Shown here: positions 1-9,570 of the stretch, in pieces
Numbering within the stretch: position 1 is the first letter of the stretch
How the letters are laid out: each line of letters opens with the position of its first letter
Assembly (NCBI GenBank): GCA_039815375.1
Contig: JBCBZJ010000001.1
Span: forward strand, 288,001-352,000
Length of the DNA: 64,000 nucleotides
From: Verrucomicrobiota bacterium
GTDB lineage: Bacteria; Verrucomicrobiota; Verrucomicrobiia; Opitutales; Coraliomargaritaceae
Reading direction: 5' to 3'
Made by a program: the position numbers and the translations under genes
Notes under the pieces: generated by a model
The model's database searches: none
Seen by the model: only the letters and a program-made list of their open reading frames with translations
What the model was told of the DNA's origin: nothing

Positions 1-3000
1 GGGTGTATTCAGCCAGCGCTTCGGCGAAGCGGTCGCCGAGTGCCTTGATCAAAATTGAAGTGTAGTCGTCGTGCTGGTCCTCGTAGGACTTGGCCAGTGT
101 ATCCACTCCTTCGATACAGCAAACGAATCCTCCGCAGGCGTCGGTCTTGCCTGATTCTTTTGGGGCAACGAAGTCGGATAGGGCGTAGTAGGTGTCGCTG
201 GCCTCTTTTTTCTTTTGTTGGCGCAGGGTGTGGAGCTTTCCGATCGTCGCACCATCGTTGCCGTAGATCTCGATATCGTCGCCATCGGAATTTGCAGGAA
301 AGAGTCCGACGACGCTGCGTGCGCGAAAGAGCTTATTGTTGATGATGTCCTGAAGGAGTCTTAGCGCCTCGTCGTAGAGTTTGGTTGCTTCGTCACCATA
401 TTTCTTATGCTCAAGAATTTTGGGGAAGACGCCTTTCAGCTCCCAGGTCCAGAAGAAGGGAGACCAATCGATATATTCGGAGAGCGCCTTGAGGTCGATG
501 TGGTCTTCAACCGTAAGTCCGGATCGCTTCGGCGCGATCAGCTTGGCATTTGCCCAGTCGGGGGCGAAGCGTTTTTCGCGTGCTTCGGTGAGAGAGAGCA
601 GGTCGGTGTCTTTTGCGTTGGCTGCGAAGCGTTGGCGTTGCTTTTCCTGATCGGTAGCAACTTCTGCAATGTAGGCTTTCCGGCGACTTTCATCTTCAGT
701 GAGCAGGTTATTGCAGACTTCGGTCACCAGTGAGGCGTCACCCACGCGGATGACAGGCTGGTCGTAGTGCGGGGCGATCTTGATTGCGGTGTGTGCCTTG
801 CTGGTAGTTGCGCCGCCGATGAGAAGTGGCTGCTTGAAGCCGCGCTTCGTCATTTCGGTGGCGTTGAAAATCATCTCGTCGAGCGAAGGCGTGATGAGGC
901 CAGAGAGGCCGATGATATCGGCGCCCCATTCCTGGGCTTCCTTGAGGATGGTTTCGCAGTCGACCATCACACCGAGGTCTTTGACTTCGTAATTATTACA
1001 GGCAAGGACAACGGAGACGATGTTTTTACCGATGTCGTGGACGTCGCCCTTTACGGTTGCGATGAGGAATTTGCCGGCGGACGAGCTGGTCGCGGAGTCT
1101 TTTTCCTCCTCCATGTAGGGCAGGAGGTAGGCGACAGCCTTTTTCATCACTCGCGCGCTTTTCACGACTTGTGGGAGAAACATCTCCCCTTTGCCGAAGA
1201 GATCGCCGACAACTTTCATGCCGTCCATCAGCGGACCTTCGATGACTTCGAGTGGTCTGTTGTATTGCTGGCGCGCTTCCTCGGTGTCGCTGTCAACGTG
1301 TGTGACGATGCCTTTGACGAGCGCGTGGGACAGGCGTTCTTCAACGGTGCCACTGCGCCAGTCTTCCGCTACATCAGCTGTTTTTTTTTCAGCCGCTGCA
1401 GGGACTGCGTCGGTGCCTGAGGTCAGGAACTTTTCGAGGATTTCCGGATTCTTCTCGGCTGTGGCTCGTTCGAAGAGGGCACGGAGTGTTTCCATGCCTT
1501 TCACCATCGCCGCGCTGATGCGCTCTTCTGGAGTGCCTGCGCCGAGCGTGACCGTGCCATTCTTAATGGCTTCAGCGTATTCGATGAGCTTTTCGGTGGC
1601 GTCATCCTTTCGGTTAAGAATCACATCTTCGACCAACTCTTTGAGTGTCGGGTCCATCTCATTGTAGTCCATGAGCAGGCCCGGGTTGACGATGGCCATG
1701 TCGAGGCCCGCTTCGATTCCGTGATGGAGGAAAGCAGCGTGCATGGCTTCGCGGACGGGGTTGTTGCCCCGGAAGGAGAATGACACGTTGGAGAGGCCGC
1801 CGCTGGTGCGGGCACCAGGACACTTTTTCTTCACTTCGCGGACGGCTTCGATGAAGTCGACGGCGTAGTTGTTATGCTCCTCCATGCCGGTCGCAACGGT
1901 CAGGATATTGAGGTCGAAAATGATGTCCTGCGGATCGAGCCCGACTTCTTCGGTCAAGATTTTGAAGGAGCGCTCGGCGATGGCGACTTTGTCGGCTTGA
2001 TTGTCGGCCTGGCCGGTTTCGTCGAAGGCCATGACAATGACCGATGCGCCATAGCGCAGAATCTTTTTGGCATGTTCCTTGAACTCTTCTTCTCCTCCCT
2101 TGAGGCTGATCGAGTTGACGATACATTTCCCCTGCACGCATTTCAGGCCGGCTTCGATGACTGACCATTTTGAGCTGTCGATCATGATCGGCACCTTGCA
2201 GATGTCCGGCTCGGAAGCGACGAGGTTGAGGAAGCGGGTCATGCAGGCTTCGCCATCGAGCATGCCTTCATCGAAATTGATGTCGATGACTTGGGCACCT
2301 TTGTCGACCTGTGATTGGGCAATTGCGAGCGCCGCAGTGAAATCGTCGGCCTTGATCAGCTTCTTGAAGCGCGGCGAGCCGGTTACGTTCGTGCGTTCGC
2401 CGACGTTAATGAAGCCCGTTTCACCTTCGACGATGTTGAGTGCTTCGAGGCCGCTGAGGCGTTGGGCCGGTTTGGGCTGAGGGACGATGCGTGGAGGAAA
2501 CTTGCTGACCTCTTCTTTGACCTTGGCGATATGCTCGGGTGTGGTGCCGCAGCAGCCGCCGACGAGGTTGACGAGCCCGTCTCGAGCGAAACTTCCGACA
2601 GCATTGCCGGTGTGCACGGGTGTTTCATCGTAACCCGTTGCGGCAAGCGGGTTGGGAAGCCCGGCGTTTGGATAGACATGCACGTAGATGTCTGCAACGC
2701 GCGAGAGCTCCTTCAGGAAGGGCCTCATCAGATCGGCACCGAGTGCGCAGTTCAAGCCAACACAAAGTGGCTTGGCGTGGCGGATTGAGTTCCAGCAGGC
2801 TTCAACGGTTTGTCCGGAAAGGGTGCGGCCGGATTGGTCGGTAATGGTGACCGAGACAATAACCGGAATGCGTTCCTCAAGCTTGTCCTGAAAGTCCTCG
2901 ATGGCGTGGAGGCAGGCCTTAAGATTGAGCGTATCGAATACGGTTTCAGGAAGGAGCAAGTCGACACCACCTTCGACCAGTGCTTCGACCTGTTCATAGT

Positions 3001-3511
3001 AGGCCTTGTAGAGCTCATCGTAGCTGGTGGCGCGATACTCTGGTCGATTGACATCCGGAGAAAGTGAAGCAGTACGATTGGTCGGGCCGATCGCACCGGC
3101 GACAAAAGTCGGCCGATTTTCTTTTTCAGCGACTTCGTCAGCCACCTTGCGGGCGAGCTTGGCCGACTCGATATTGATGTCCCGCACACGGTGTTCGAGG
3201 CTGTAGTCGGCTTGGGCGATAGTTGTGCCGGAAAATGTGTTGGTTTCGATTATGTCTGAGCCCGCTTCGAGGAAAGCGCGGTGGATATCAGCAATTATTT
3301 CCGGGCGGGTGATGCTCAGAAGGTCGTTGTTGCCCTTCAGGTCACCCTCAACCTCAGCAAAACTTTCATCACGGAAATCGGCTTCCTCCAACTTGTGTTG
3401 CTGGATCATCGTTCCCATTGCACCATCAAGATAGACAATGCGTTGCCCAAACAATTCTGCAAGGAGTTGTCCTTTAGCGGTTAAGGGCTTTTGTTGGGAG
3501 ATTTTGACCAT
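1..3511 (-). CDS. metH: Cobalamin-dependent methionine synthase (3' end runs off the window)
   Basis: Absent from the ORF track because it has no stop in the window. Manual translation from ATG 3511 gives MVKISQQ...[13 protein letters not shown]...LKGNNDLL; the cap region reads [37 protein letters not shown]; the window edge reads [15 protein letters not shown] (activation domain). Confidence 0.97.
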   Translation of the reverse strand, partial: MVKISQQKPLTAKGQLLAELFGQRIVYLDGAMGTMIQQHKLEEADFRDESFAEVEGDLKGNNDLLSITRPEIIADIHRAFLEAGSDIIETNTFSGTTIAQADYSLEHRVRDINIESAKLARKVADEVAEKENRPTFVAGAIGPTNRTASLSPDVNRPEYRATSYDELYKAYYEQVEALVEGGVDLLLPETVFDTLNLKACLHAIEDFQDKLEERIPVIVSVTITDQSGRTLSGQTVEACWNSIRHAKPLCVGLNCALGADLMRPFLKELSRVADIYVHVYPNAGLPNPLAATGYDETPVHTGNAVGSFARDGLVNLVGGCCGTTPEHIAKVKEEVSKFPPRIVPQPKPAQRLSGLEALNIVEGETGFINVGERTNVTGSPRFKKLIKADDFTAALAIAQSQVDKGAQVIDINFDEGMLDGEACMTRFLNLVASEPDICKVPIMIDSSKWSVIEAGLKCVQGKCIVNSISLKGGEEEFKEHAKKILRYGASVIVMAFDETGQADNQADKVAIAERSFKILTEEVGLDPQDIIFDLNILTVATGMEEHNNYAVDFIEAVREVKKKCPGARTSGGLSNVSFSFRGNNPVREAMHAAFLHHGIEAGLDMAIVNPGLLMDYNEMDPTLKELVEDVILNRKDDATEKLIEYAEAIKNGTVTLGAGTPEERISAAMVKGMETLRALFERATAEKNPEILEKFLTSGTDAVPAAAEKKTADVAEDWRSGTVEERLSHALVKGIVTHVDSDTEEARQQYNRPLEVIEGPLMDGMKVVGDLFGKGEMFLPQVVKSARVMKKAVAYLLPYMEEEKDSATSSSAGKFLIATVKGDVHDIGKNIVSVVLACNNYEVKDLGVMVDCETILKEAQEWGADIIGLSGLITPSLDEMIFNATEMTKRGFKQPLLIGGATTSKAHTAIKIAPHYDQPVIRVGDASLVTEVCNNLLTEDESRRKAYIAEVATDQEKQRQRFAANAKDTDLLSLTEAREKRFAPDWANAKLIAPKRSGLTVEDHIDLKALSEYIDWSPFFWTWELKGVFPKILEHKKYGDEATKLYDEALRLLQDIINNKLFRARSVVGLFPANSDGDDIEIYGNDGATIGKLHTLRQQKKKEASDTYYALSDFVAPKESGKTDACGGFVCCIEGVDTLAKSYEDQHDDYTSILIKALGDRFAEALAEYT

Positions 3512-3516
3512 AAACG

Positions 3517-3549
3517 TATCAAAATATTCGGATATTTTGATATGATCAA
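3517..3549 (-). promoter_or_regulatory. Putative metH promoter (TTGATC-17-TATTTT) overlapped by a perfect 11-4-11 palindrome (operator)
   Basis: TATCAAAATAT-TCGG-ATATTTTGATA at 3517-3542. On the minus strand, -35-like TTGATC (3549-3544) and -10-like TATTTT (3526-3521) are 17 bp apart and end 9 nt before the ATG. Confidence 0.6.
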
Positions 3550-3610
3550 GTATCGAATCATTCAAAATAGGTGTCGCGGTGGAGTATGAATCAGACGATA
3601 TCACTCTAAA

Positions 3611-4258
3611 ATGCAATCACTTGAAGAACGATTTCCATCTGTATCGGACGAGGCTTGGTCGCAGCTCGCGAAGTGGGCGGATCTGATCCGCGAGTGGAAC
3701 GACAAGATCAACCTGATCTCGCGGAAGGATATCGAATATCTGGAGGAGCGTCATTTGGCTCACTGTTTGGCGATTACGAATCACTTGAAGCTCATGAATG
3801 GTACCCGGGTGATGGACGTGGGCACAGGCGGAGGATTCCCCGGCTTGATCATGGCAATCTGCTACCCGCAGGCCCATTTCACGCTTATTGATTCAATCGG
3901 AAAGAAAATCGGCGTGGTTCAGGACATTGCCCAGAAGTTGAAATTGAAAAACGTCGATGCGCGCCAGTGCCGGGCCGAGTCGGTTAACAAACAGTTTGAT
4001 TTCATTACTGGCCGGGCCGTGAAGAATCTGCCCGAGTATTTCAGCTGGATTAAGGGCAACTTGCGGCGTGGGCAGCGGAACTCGATTCCGAACGGCGTGC
4101 TTTATTGGAAAGGCGGCGAGCTCGAGCCTGAATTCGATTCGATTGGTATTCGTCCAAGACTGACGATCAACCTGCAGGCCGAACTGGCCGACGATTATTT
4201 CGAACAGAAATACCTCCTGCATTTTGATGCAAGAGACGTGCCGAGGATACGTTACTAA
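3611..4258 (+). CDS. rsmG: 16S rRNA m7G527 methyltransferase RsmG/GidB
   Basis: [23 protein letters not shown]-binding motif, [10 protein letters not shown] motif; 215 aa. Confidence 0.93.
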   Translation: MQSLEERFPSVSDEAWSQLAKWADLIREWNDKINLISRKDIEYLEERHLAHCLAITNHLKLMNGTRVMDVGTGGGFPGLIMAICYPQAHFTLIDSIGKKIGVVQDIAQKLKLKNVDARQCRAESVNKQFDFITGRAVKNLPEYFSWIKGNLRRGQRNSIPNGVLYWKGGELEPEFDSIGIRPRLTINLQAELADDYFEQKYLLHFDARDVPRIRY

Positions 4259-4277
4259 GACGAGTAGATAGAATGAC

Positions 4278-4859
4278 CTATTTCTGGCTCTTTAGAAAGT
4301 CCCGAGACTCTTGCTTCAATTTTTTGATCTTCGTCTCGTTCTTCTTCAGGTCCCGCTTATTCATGATATCGATGAAGAGCTCTCCGTTGAGGTGATCCAC
4401 TTCGTGTAGGATGCAGCGACCGAGCAGGCCATCGGCCTCAATAATGTGGGGATTGCCCCGAACATCCTGGAACTCGCAACGAACGCCCATAGGACGATCC
4501 ACTTTGCCATTCACTTCAGGAAACGAGAGGCAGCCTTCCTCATATACGTACTCGCGGTTGTCGATGATAATGATCTTTGGGTTACAGATCGTTATGGGCA
4601 TAAAGAGGTCGAGCGGCGGCTGTTTGCCATCGTAGCTGTAGTTGAAGGGCACTTCCGCACCTTCAGGCGGGCGCACATCAACGATACAGATTTGAAGAGC
4701 CTTGCCAACTTGCTGTGCTGCAATGCCGATGCCTTCCTCGGCATACATGGTCTCGACCATGTCTTCAGCGAGCTGGGCCAGCTCTTTGTTAAACTCGGTT
4801 ACGGGTGCGCCTTGTTCCCGAAGGATAGGCTCACCGTATTTGGTTACTCTTAAGCGCAT
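4278..4859 (-). CDS. def: Peptide deformylase
   Basis: All three PDF motifs are present: GIGIAAQQ, EGCLS, HEVDH. Confidence 0.96.
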   Translation of the reverse strand: MRLRVTKYGEPILREQGAPVTEFNKELAQLAEDMVETMYAEEGIGIAAQQVGKALQICIVDVRPPEGAEVPFNYSYDGKQPPLDLFMPITICNPKIIIIDNREYVYEEGCLSFPEVNGKVDRPMGVRCEFQDVRGNPHIIEADGLLGRCILHEVDHLNGELFIDIMNKRDLKKNETKIKKLKQESRDFLKSQK

Positions 4860-4903
4860 TGTCGTCAGAATGGTTTGAATCTCTCATCTGTAAAGTATGC
4901 TTC

Positions 4904-4936
4904 AAAAAAGAAAAGCCCGCGGTGAGCGCGGGCTTT
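4904..4936 (-). terminator. Rho-independent terminator of the pdh operon
   Basis: Stem AAAGCCCGCG/CGCGGGCTTT with a 5-nt loop, followed on the minus strand by a U-rich run, 35 nt after the pdhC stop. Confidence 0.8.
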
Positions 4937-4970
4937 GATAAAAGAGGTGATTTCGATAGAGATTTTGATT

Positions 4971-6278
4971 TTAGACCAGCATTAGGGCAGGGGTCTCGAT
5001 GATTTCCTTGAGGGCCTGCAGGTATTGGGCGCCGACGGCACCATCGATCGTGCGGTGGTCGCCGGAAAGTCCGATCTTCATGGTCTGGCCGATCACGATC
5101 TCGTCCTTCTCGTTGACGACCGGTTTCTTGATAGTCGCGCCAATACTTAGAATCGCTGCATTGTTCGGATTGATGATGCCGTAAAAGTCGGAAATACCGA
5201 ACATGCCGAGGTTGGTCACGGTTAGGGTGGAGCCACTCATTTCATCAGGTGCGAGCTTTTTGTCGCGGGCCTTTTTGATTAGAACCTTGGCTTCTGCTCC
5301 GATTTCACGAAGGCCCTTGGTCTCTGCTGCGCGAATGACTGGTGTGACGAGGCCGTCGTCGATCGCGACGCCGAATGCGAGGTGCACATTGGCGTGTTGC
5401 TTGATCGTGTCGCCTTCCCAGGAGCGGTTGATGGCAGGGACGCGGCGAACGGCCTCGGCAGCGGCCTTTAGAGTCAGGTCATTGACGGTAAACTTGGTGC
5501 CGCCGTGTTCCTTGGGAAGCTCTGCGAGTTTGGTGTTCAGCTCCTTGCGAAGTGCAGCAAGTGGTGCACCGTCGACTTCAATCTGGAGATAAAAATGTGG
5601 TGCCTGAGTCTTGGAAGCGACAAGCGCCTTGGCGATGCTCTTACGCATATTGCTGACCGGCATCTCGAGCGCTTCGAGTGTGGCCGCAGGCGGTGCTGCA
5701 GGAGCAGGTGTTGTTGTGCTCGGTGTAGCTGAAGTTGTAGAAGCGGAAGCGGTTGGATTTGCGTTGAGCACATCTTCCTTGAGGATGCGCCCGCCGGGGC
5801 CGGAGCCTTGAAGAGTGGAAAGTTCGATGCCCTTTTCGGCGGCAATCTTGCGTGCGACCGGAGATGCCTTGATACGGTCGCCGGAGGTGGCAGCCGGTTC
5901 AGGGCTCGCAAGGGCGGCTGCCGGAGTTACGACTGTAGTAGGAGCAGGCTCTTCTTTCTTCTCTTCAGGTGCTGGCGCAGCACTTTCGGCTGGCTCGGAG
6001 CTGGTAGCTGGCGCGTTGCCGGCATCCGGGGCCTCTTCCCCGGCTTCACCGATGGCTGCGATTGCACCACCGACTTCTACTTCGGCCCCTTCAGCGCAGT
6101 ATTGCTTGAGAAGAATACCGTCGTCGAAACACTCGACTTCCATGGTCGCCTTGTCGGTTTCGACCTCGGCGATCATGTCGCCACTGGAAACGGGGTCGCT
6201 TTCGTTTTTTAGCCATTTTACCAGCGTGCCCACCGTCATGGTGTCACTGAGTTTGGGCATGTCGATGAGTGTAGCCAT
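4971..6278 (-). CDS. pdhC: Pyruvate dehydrogenase E2, dihydrolipoamide acetyltransferase
   Basis: Single lipoyl domain (ETDKA), E3-binding domain (ASPVARKIA...GSGPGGRI) and catalytic DHRTIDG. Confidence 0.95.
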   Translation of the reverse strand: MATLIDMPKLSDTMTVGTLVKWLKNESDPVSSGDMIAEVETDKATMEVECFDDGILLKQYCAEGAEVEVGGAIAAIGEAGEEAPDAGNAPATSSEPAESAAPAPEEKKEEPAPTTVVTPAAALASPEPAATSGDRIKASPVARKIAAEKGIELSTLQGSGPGGRILKEDVLNANPTASASTTSATPSTTTPAPAAPPAATLEALEMPVSNMRKSIAKALVASKTQAPHFYLQIEVDGAPLAALRKELNTKLAELPKEHGGTKFTVNDLTLKAAAEAVRRVPAINRSWEGDTIKQHANVHLAFGVAIDDGLVTPVIRAAETKGLREIGAEAKVLIKKARDKKLAPDEMSGSTLTVTNLGMFGISDFYGIINPNNAAILSIGATIKKPVVNEKDEIVIGQTMKIGLSGDHRTIDGAVGAQYLQALKEIIETPALMLV

Positions 6279-6313
6279 ATCGTTCGTTTGATGAAGTTGA
6301 GAATAAAATTAGA

Positions 6314-7291
6314 CTATCCGATACATTTGAGAACAGCCTCGATAATGCGTTCTTCGTTCGGGATTTGCCAGTTTTCAAGATCCTTTGCGTAGATTTGCGG
6401 TGCGTCGATCGCCGAGACGCGGTGGATAGGCGCGTCGAGGTAGTCGAATGCCTTGTATTGAATGAGGTGGGAGATTTGTGCGTCTACGCCGCAGTAGGGT
6501 TTATTCTCTTCAACCAGAACCGCGCGGTTGGTCTTCTTAACCGAGTTGAGAATAGTCTCTTCGTCGAGTGGACGAATCGAGCGGAGATCCACGACTTCCA
6601 CACTGATATCGTGTGATTCTTCGAGCATCTTTGCCGCGCTGAGTGAGATCATCGCACAGCGGCCGTGTGAAACGATGGTCAGGTCGGTGCCTTCCTTGAG
6701 GATGTTAGCGACGCCAAGTTCGATGGTGTATTCCTCTTCAGGAACTTCCCACTTCTCGCCGTAGAGGAGGGTGTTTTCCATGACAAAGACGGGGTCGTTG
6801 TCACGAATAGCGGTTTTCATCAGCCCTTTGGCATCGTAGGCATTGGATGGGCAGACGACTTTCAGTCCCGGGTGGTTAGCCACCATGTTTTCCGGTGTGT
6901 GGGAGTGGGTCGCACCGACGTTCGTGCCGCCGTTGGCCGGGCCGCGGACGACAATCGGAATGTTCATTAGGCCGCCGGACATGTAGCGGCAGAAGGAAGC
7001 GTTATTGAAAAGCTGGTCGATGGCCACGTAGCTGAAGGACATGAACATCATCTCGATGACGGGGCGGATGCCAAGAGCCGAAGCGCCGATAGCAAGACCG
7101 GAGAAGGCAGCTTCGGAAATCGGCGTGTCGATCAGGCGCTTGTCGCCGTGTTTTTCCCAAAGTCCTTCAGTGACTTTGTAAGCACCATTATACTGGGCAA
7201 CTTCTTCGCCCATGATGCAGACATTTTCATCGCGCTGAATTTCTTCGTCGAGCGCTTGCTTGATGGCTTCGCGGTAGGTGATGAGAGGCAT
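6314..7291 (-). CDS. pdhB: Pyruvate dehydrogenase E1 beta subunit
   Basis: GEEVAQYNGAYKVT, DTPISE, GATHSH, VDLRSIRPLD; operon context. Confidence 0.95.
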   Translation of the reverse strand: MPLITYREAIKQALDEEIQRDENVCIMGEEVAQYNGAYKVTEGLWEKHGDKRLIDTPISEAAFSGLAIGASALGIRPVIEMMFMSFSYVAIDQLFNNASFCRYMSGGLMNIPIVVRGPANGGTNVGATHSHTPENMVANHPGLKVVCPSNAYDAKGLMKTAIRDNDPVFVMENTLLYGEKWEVPEEEYTIELGVANILKEGTDLTIVSHGRCAMISLSAAKMLEESHDISVEVVDLRSIRPLDEETILNSVKKTNRAVLVEENKPYCGVDAQISHLIQYKAFDYLDAPIHRVSAIDAPQIYAKDLENWQIPNEERIIEAVLKCIG

Positions 7292-7299
7292 GATCTTTT

Positions 7300-7348
7300 C
7301 AGAGGCCAGAGAGCAGAAGTCAGATGACAGAAGCTAGAGGCCGGAGTT
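7300..7348. repeat. Tandem array of seven degenerate heptamers (CAGANNN)
   Basis: cagaggc cagagag cagaagt cagatga cagaagc tagaggc cggagtt. Confidence 0.85.
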
Positions 7349-7366
7349 GATTGTTTAATGTCGTAG

Positions 7367-7741
7367 TTATTTTATTAAGAATGACTCAGGCCTTTGAATC
7401 ATCTTGCCGATCATCTTGCCGATTTCGGCATTAAGGAAAGACAGTTCGTTGTGTTCGTCTTCAGAAATGTAACTGCAGTCTTTTGCAAAATCCAAGGATG
7501 TGTCTGTTTCGTTTGATTCGCCATCGCAGTCGCTTAGCTTACTTATGAAATGTGCCTCGTAGCGTCGTTTGGCCCAAGCCTCTCGAAGGTTCATCGGCAC
7601 AGAACGAGAAGATCTTCGAATTTGGCCGGTCAGCGCAAAAATCTCTTCTTTGGGAAAGTTCTTGCTGATCTCAAAAATCTGCATCGCGAGGGCGTAGCTT
7701 TTTTGATATACTATTAATTCCTTTGCCGTTTTGATAATCAT
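7367..7741 (-). CDS. Four helix bundle protein (23S rRNA intervening-sequence protein family, bAvd-like fold)
   Basis: ELIVYQKSYALAMQIFEISKNFPKEEIFALTGQIRRSSRSVPMNLREAW...F...L...GE..ET matches the family pattern; 124 aa. Confidence 0.92.
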   Translation of the reverse strand: MIIKTAKELIVYQKSYALAMQIFEISKNFPKEEIFALTGQIRRSSRSVPMNLREAWAKRRYEAHFISKLSDCDGESNETDTSLDFAKDCSYISEDEHNELSFLNAEIGKMIGKMIQRPESFLIK

Positions 7742-7744
7742 GCC

Positions 7745-7793
7745 TGTTTTGCGTTTTGATTACTGGCTTCTGCCCTCTGAATTCTGTCTTCTG
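7745..7793. repeat. Tandem heptamer array (NNNTCTG), inverted relative to 7300-7348
   Basis: tgttttg cgttttg attactg gcttctg ccctctg aattctg tcttctg; reverse complement is cagaaga cagaatt cagaggg cagaagc cagtaat caaaacg caaaaca. Confidence 0.8.
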
Positions 7794-7797
7794 CAAC

Positions 7798-8898
7798 TTA
7801 GTCGTTAAAGAAGTAGGTGCCCTTGAGTTTACCCTCAGTGTCGTTGTCGACTTCCCAGTAAACGTCGGTCTGTATTTCGGAACGCGGTGCGACCGGACTT
7901 TCGTCGGCGAACTTGGCGGAGGCTTCGGCTTCGTTTTTCTTTTCCTGATCGATCTGCTTCACAAGATCCTCATTCAGGGTGCCGTCGGCGAGAAGCTGCT
8001 GCTTCAGCACATTGATCGGATCCTTGTTCTTCTTGTAGTCCTCGATCTCCTCCTTGGTCCGGTATTTCTCATGGTTCGCATCTGCGACGGAGTGACCCCG
8101 ATAACGGTAGGTGCGAATCTCCAGGAGGAAGGGTTTGTGCTCTTCACGGGCACGAGTCATGGCACGGTTGGCAACCTCACGCACCTCAAACACGTCATGG
8201 CCGTCGCAAACTTCCCAAGCCATGTCGAAACCGTCGGCACGGTGAGCGAGATTTTCCTCAGCAGAGGAACGAGCGAGGCTTGTGCCCATGGAGTAACCGT
8301 TGTTCTCGATCACAAAGACGACGGGAACGTCCCAAAGAGAAACAAGGTTGAGTGTCTCCATGAAAGCGCCCTGGTTCACGGCTCCGTCTCCGAGGAAGCA
8401 GACTGCGCAGCCTTTAAGGCCTTTATATTTGAGTGCGAAAGCGAGTCCTGCTCCAAGGGGTGTTTGACCAGCGACAATACCGTGGCCGCCCCAGTAATTC
8501 TTGTCCGGCGCAAAAAAATGCATCGAGCCGCCTTTGCCTTTCGAGCAACCTGTGTGCTTGCCAAACATTTCTGCCATACACTCGTTCATCGACATGCCGA
8601 CAGCGAGTGCGTGTCCGTGGTCGCGATATGCAGTAATGATGTGATCGTTCTCCTCCATCAGCGAAACGATGCCGGTCGCGACGGCCTCCTGGCCGATGTA
8701 GAGGTGCAGGAATCCTCCGATTTTTCCCTGATTGTAAGCTCTCAACGAGCGTTCTTCAAAGCGGCGTATGCCAACGATAGTGCGGTAGAGGTCTATTTTC
8801 TCCTCAGCGCTCAGCGTTGCGTTGATCGATGCCTCGGCGGCGTTCTTGGCTTTTTTCGCCGGCTTCTTAATAGCAGTCTTTTTCTTGGTAGTAGCCAT
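7798..8898 (-). CDS. pdhA: Pyruvate dehydrogenase E1 alpha subunit
   Basis: GFLHLYIGQEA, GKGGSMH, TPP motif GDGAVNQG, YRYRGHS. Start reassigned to ATG 8898 (MATTKKK). Confidence 0.96.
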   Translation of the reverse strand: MATTKKKTAIKKPAKKAKNAAEASINATLSAEEKIDLYRTIVGIRRFEERSLRAYNQGKIGGFLHLYIGQEAVATGIVSLMEENDHIITAYRDHGHALAVGMSMNECMAEMFGKHTGCSKGKGGSMHFFAPDKNYWGGHGIVAGQTPLGAGLAFALKYKGLKGCAVCFLGDGAVNQGAFMETLNLVSLWDVPVVFVIENNGYSMGTSLARSSAEENLAHRADGFDMAWEVCDGHDVFEVREVANRAMTRAREEHKPFLLEIRTYRYRGHSVADANHEKYRTKEEIEDYKKNKDPINVLKQQLLADGTLNEDLVKQIDQEKKNEAEASAKFADESPVAPRSEIQTDVYWEVDNDTEGKLKGTYFFND

Positions 8899-8975
8899 AG
8901 GCGTGTGATGGGTGAGCTGTAATAGAGTCACCGGCTGGAGGCCACTGCAAGCTAAAAGGCTACTTGTTTATGAAG

Positions 8976-9007
8976 TTAAATACGCGAAATAAAATTCGTG
9001 TATTTAA
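8976..9007. other. AT-rich inverted repeat between the chalcone-isomerase-like gene and pdhA (operator or 3' hairpin)
   Basis: TTAAATACGCGAA-ATAAAA-TTCGTGTATTTAA, 12/13 complementary. Confidence 0.45.
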
Positions 9008-9018
9008 AATCGTTTGAT

Positions 9019-9567
9019 TTAACCCAGTCCGAGTAGATTCTTCCTTAAACTCTTTGAAATCGCTTGTTCTCCGAGCCATATCCTAAAATAGAGCTGAGCA
9101 AAATCCCTGCCCTCAATCGTCACGACAGGTTTATCATTGATCATAAGTGTTGTCCCGACACCCGGCTCATAGGTGAGCGAGGACCTGTCACCTTTGCGCA
9201 CTGTGGTGTAGGCTTCGTTGATCGTGTCTACTCGTGCTGCAATGGCGCTTTTCTCTTTAGGGCTAAGGTTCTTTTCCAACATGCGGTCGGCAGACTTCAG
9301 AATGATGGCCTTGTCGATTTTCCGGAGATAGCGAAACTGAAGGTGAAAGGCTGTTTCTGCGCGAAGAACTTCTTCTGCACTGGCCCCGGGCTCAGTGAAG
9401 AGCGCAGCTTCATAAAGTCTGAAGAACATCCTGTAGACATAGCGGTATTCGCCTAGTTTCTGGAAGTTTTGATCAAGTGCTTCGATTTGTTTCGGAAACA
9501 TGGCACCCGCAAGTGCAGAGCTGGTAGTAGTCACCAGAAGTAGAATTAGCGTGTAAAAAGCTCTCAT
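9019..9567 (-). CDS. Exported chalcone isomerase-fold protein
   Basis: Signal peptide; F.LY.AAL, L.F.YLR.I, V.KGD, G..FA..YF.IWLG pattern. Confidence 0.8.
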   Translation of the reverse strand: MRAFYTLILLLVTTTSSALAGAMFPKQIEALDQNFQKLGEYRYVYRMFFRLYEAALFTEPGASAEEVLRAETAFHLQFRYLRKIDKAIILKSADRMLEKNLSPKEKSAIAARVDTINEAYTTVRKGDRSSLTYEPGVGTTLMINDKPVVTIEGRDFAQLYFRIWLGEQAISKSLRKNLLGLG

Positions 9568-9570
9568 GGT

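Noticed and set aside
1381..1389. T9 homopolymer in metH as a phase-variation or frameshift site
   Set aside because: The frame stays open (EKKT) and continues into the cap domain.
49..3484. Numerous short ORFs on both strands in the first 3.5 kb
   Set aside because: All overlap the continuous minus-strand metH frame, which the track missed because it has no stop in the window.
7300..7793. Heptamer arrays as a CRISPR array, or the four-helix gene as part of a diversity-generating retroelement
   Set aside because: Units are 7 nt with no spacers and no cas genes; no reverse transcriptase or TR/VR repeat pair was seen in the window.
7756..8922. 388-aa plus-strand ORF antisense to pdhA
   Set aside because: Shadow frame of a codon-biased gene; no recognisable motif.
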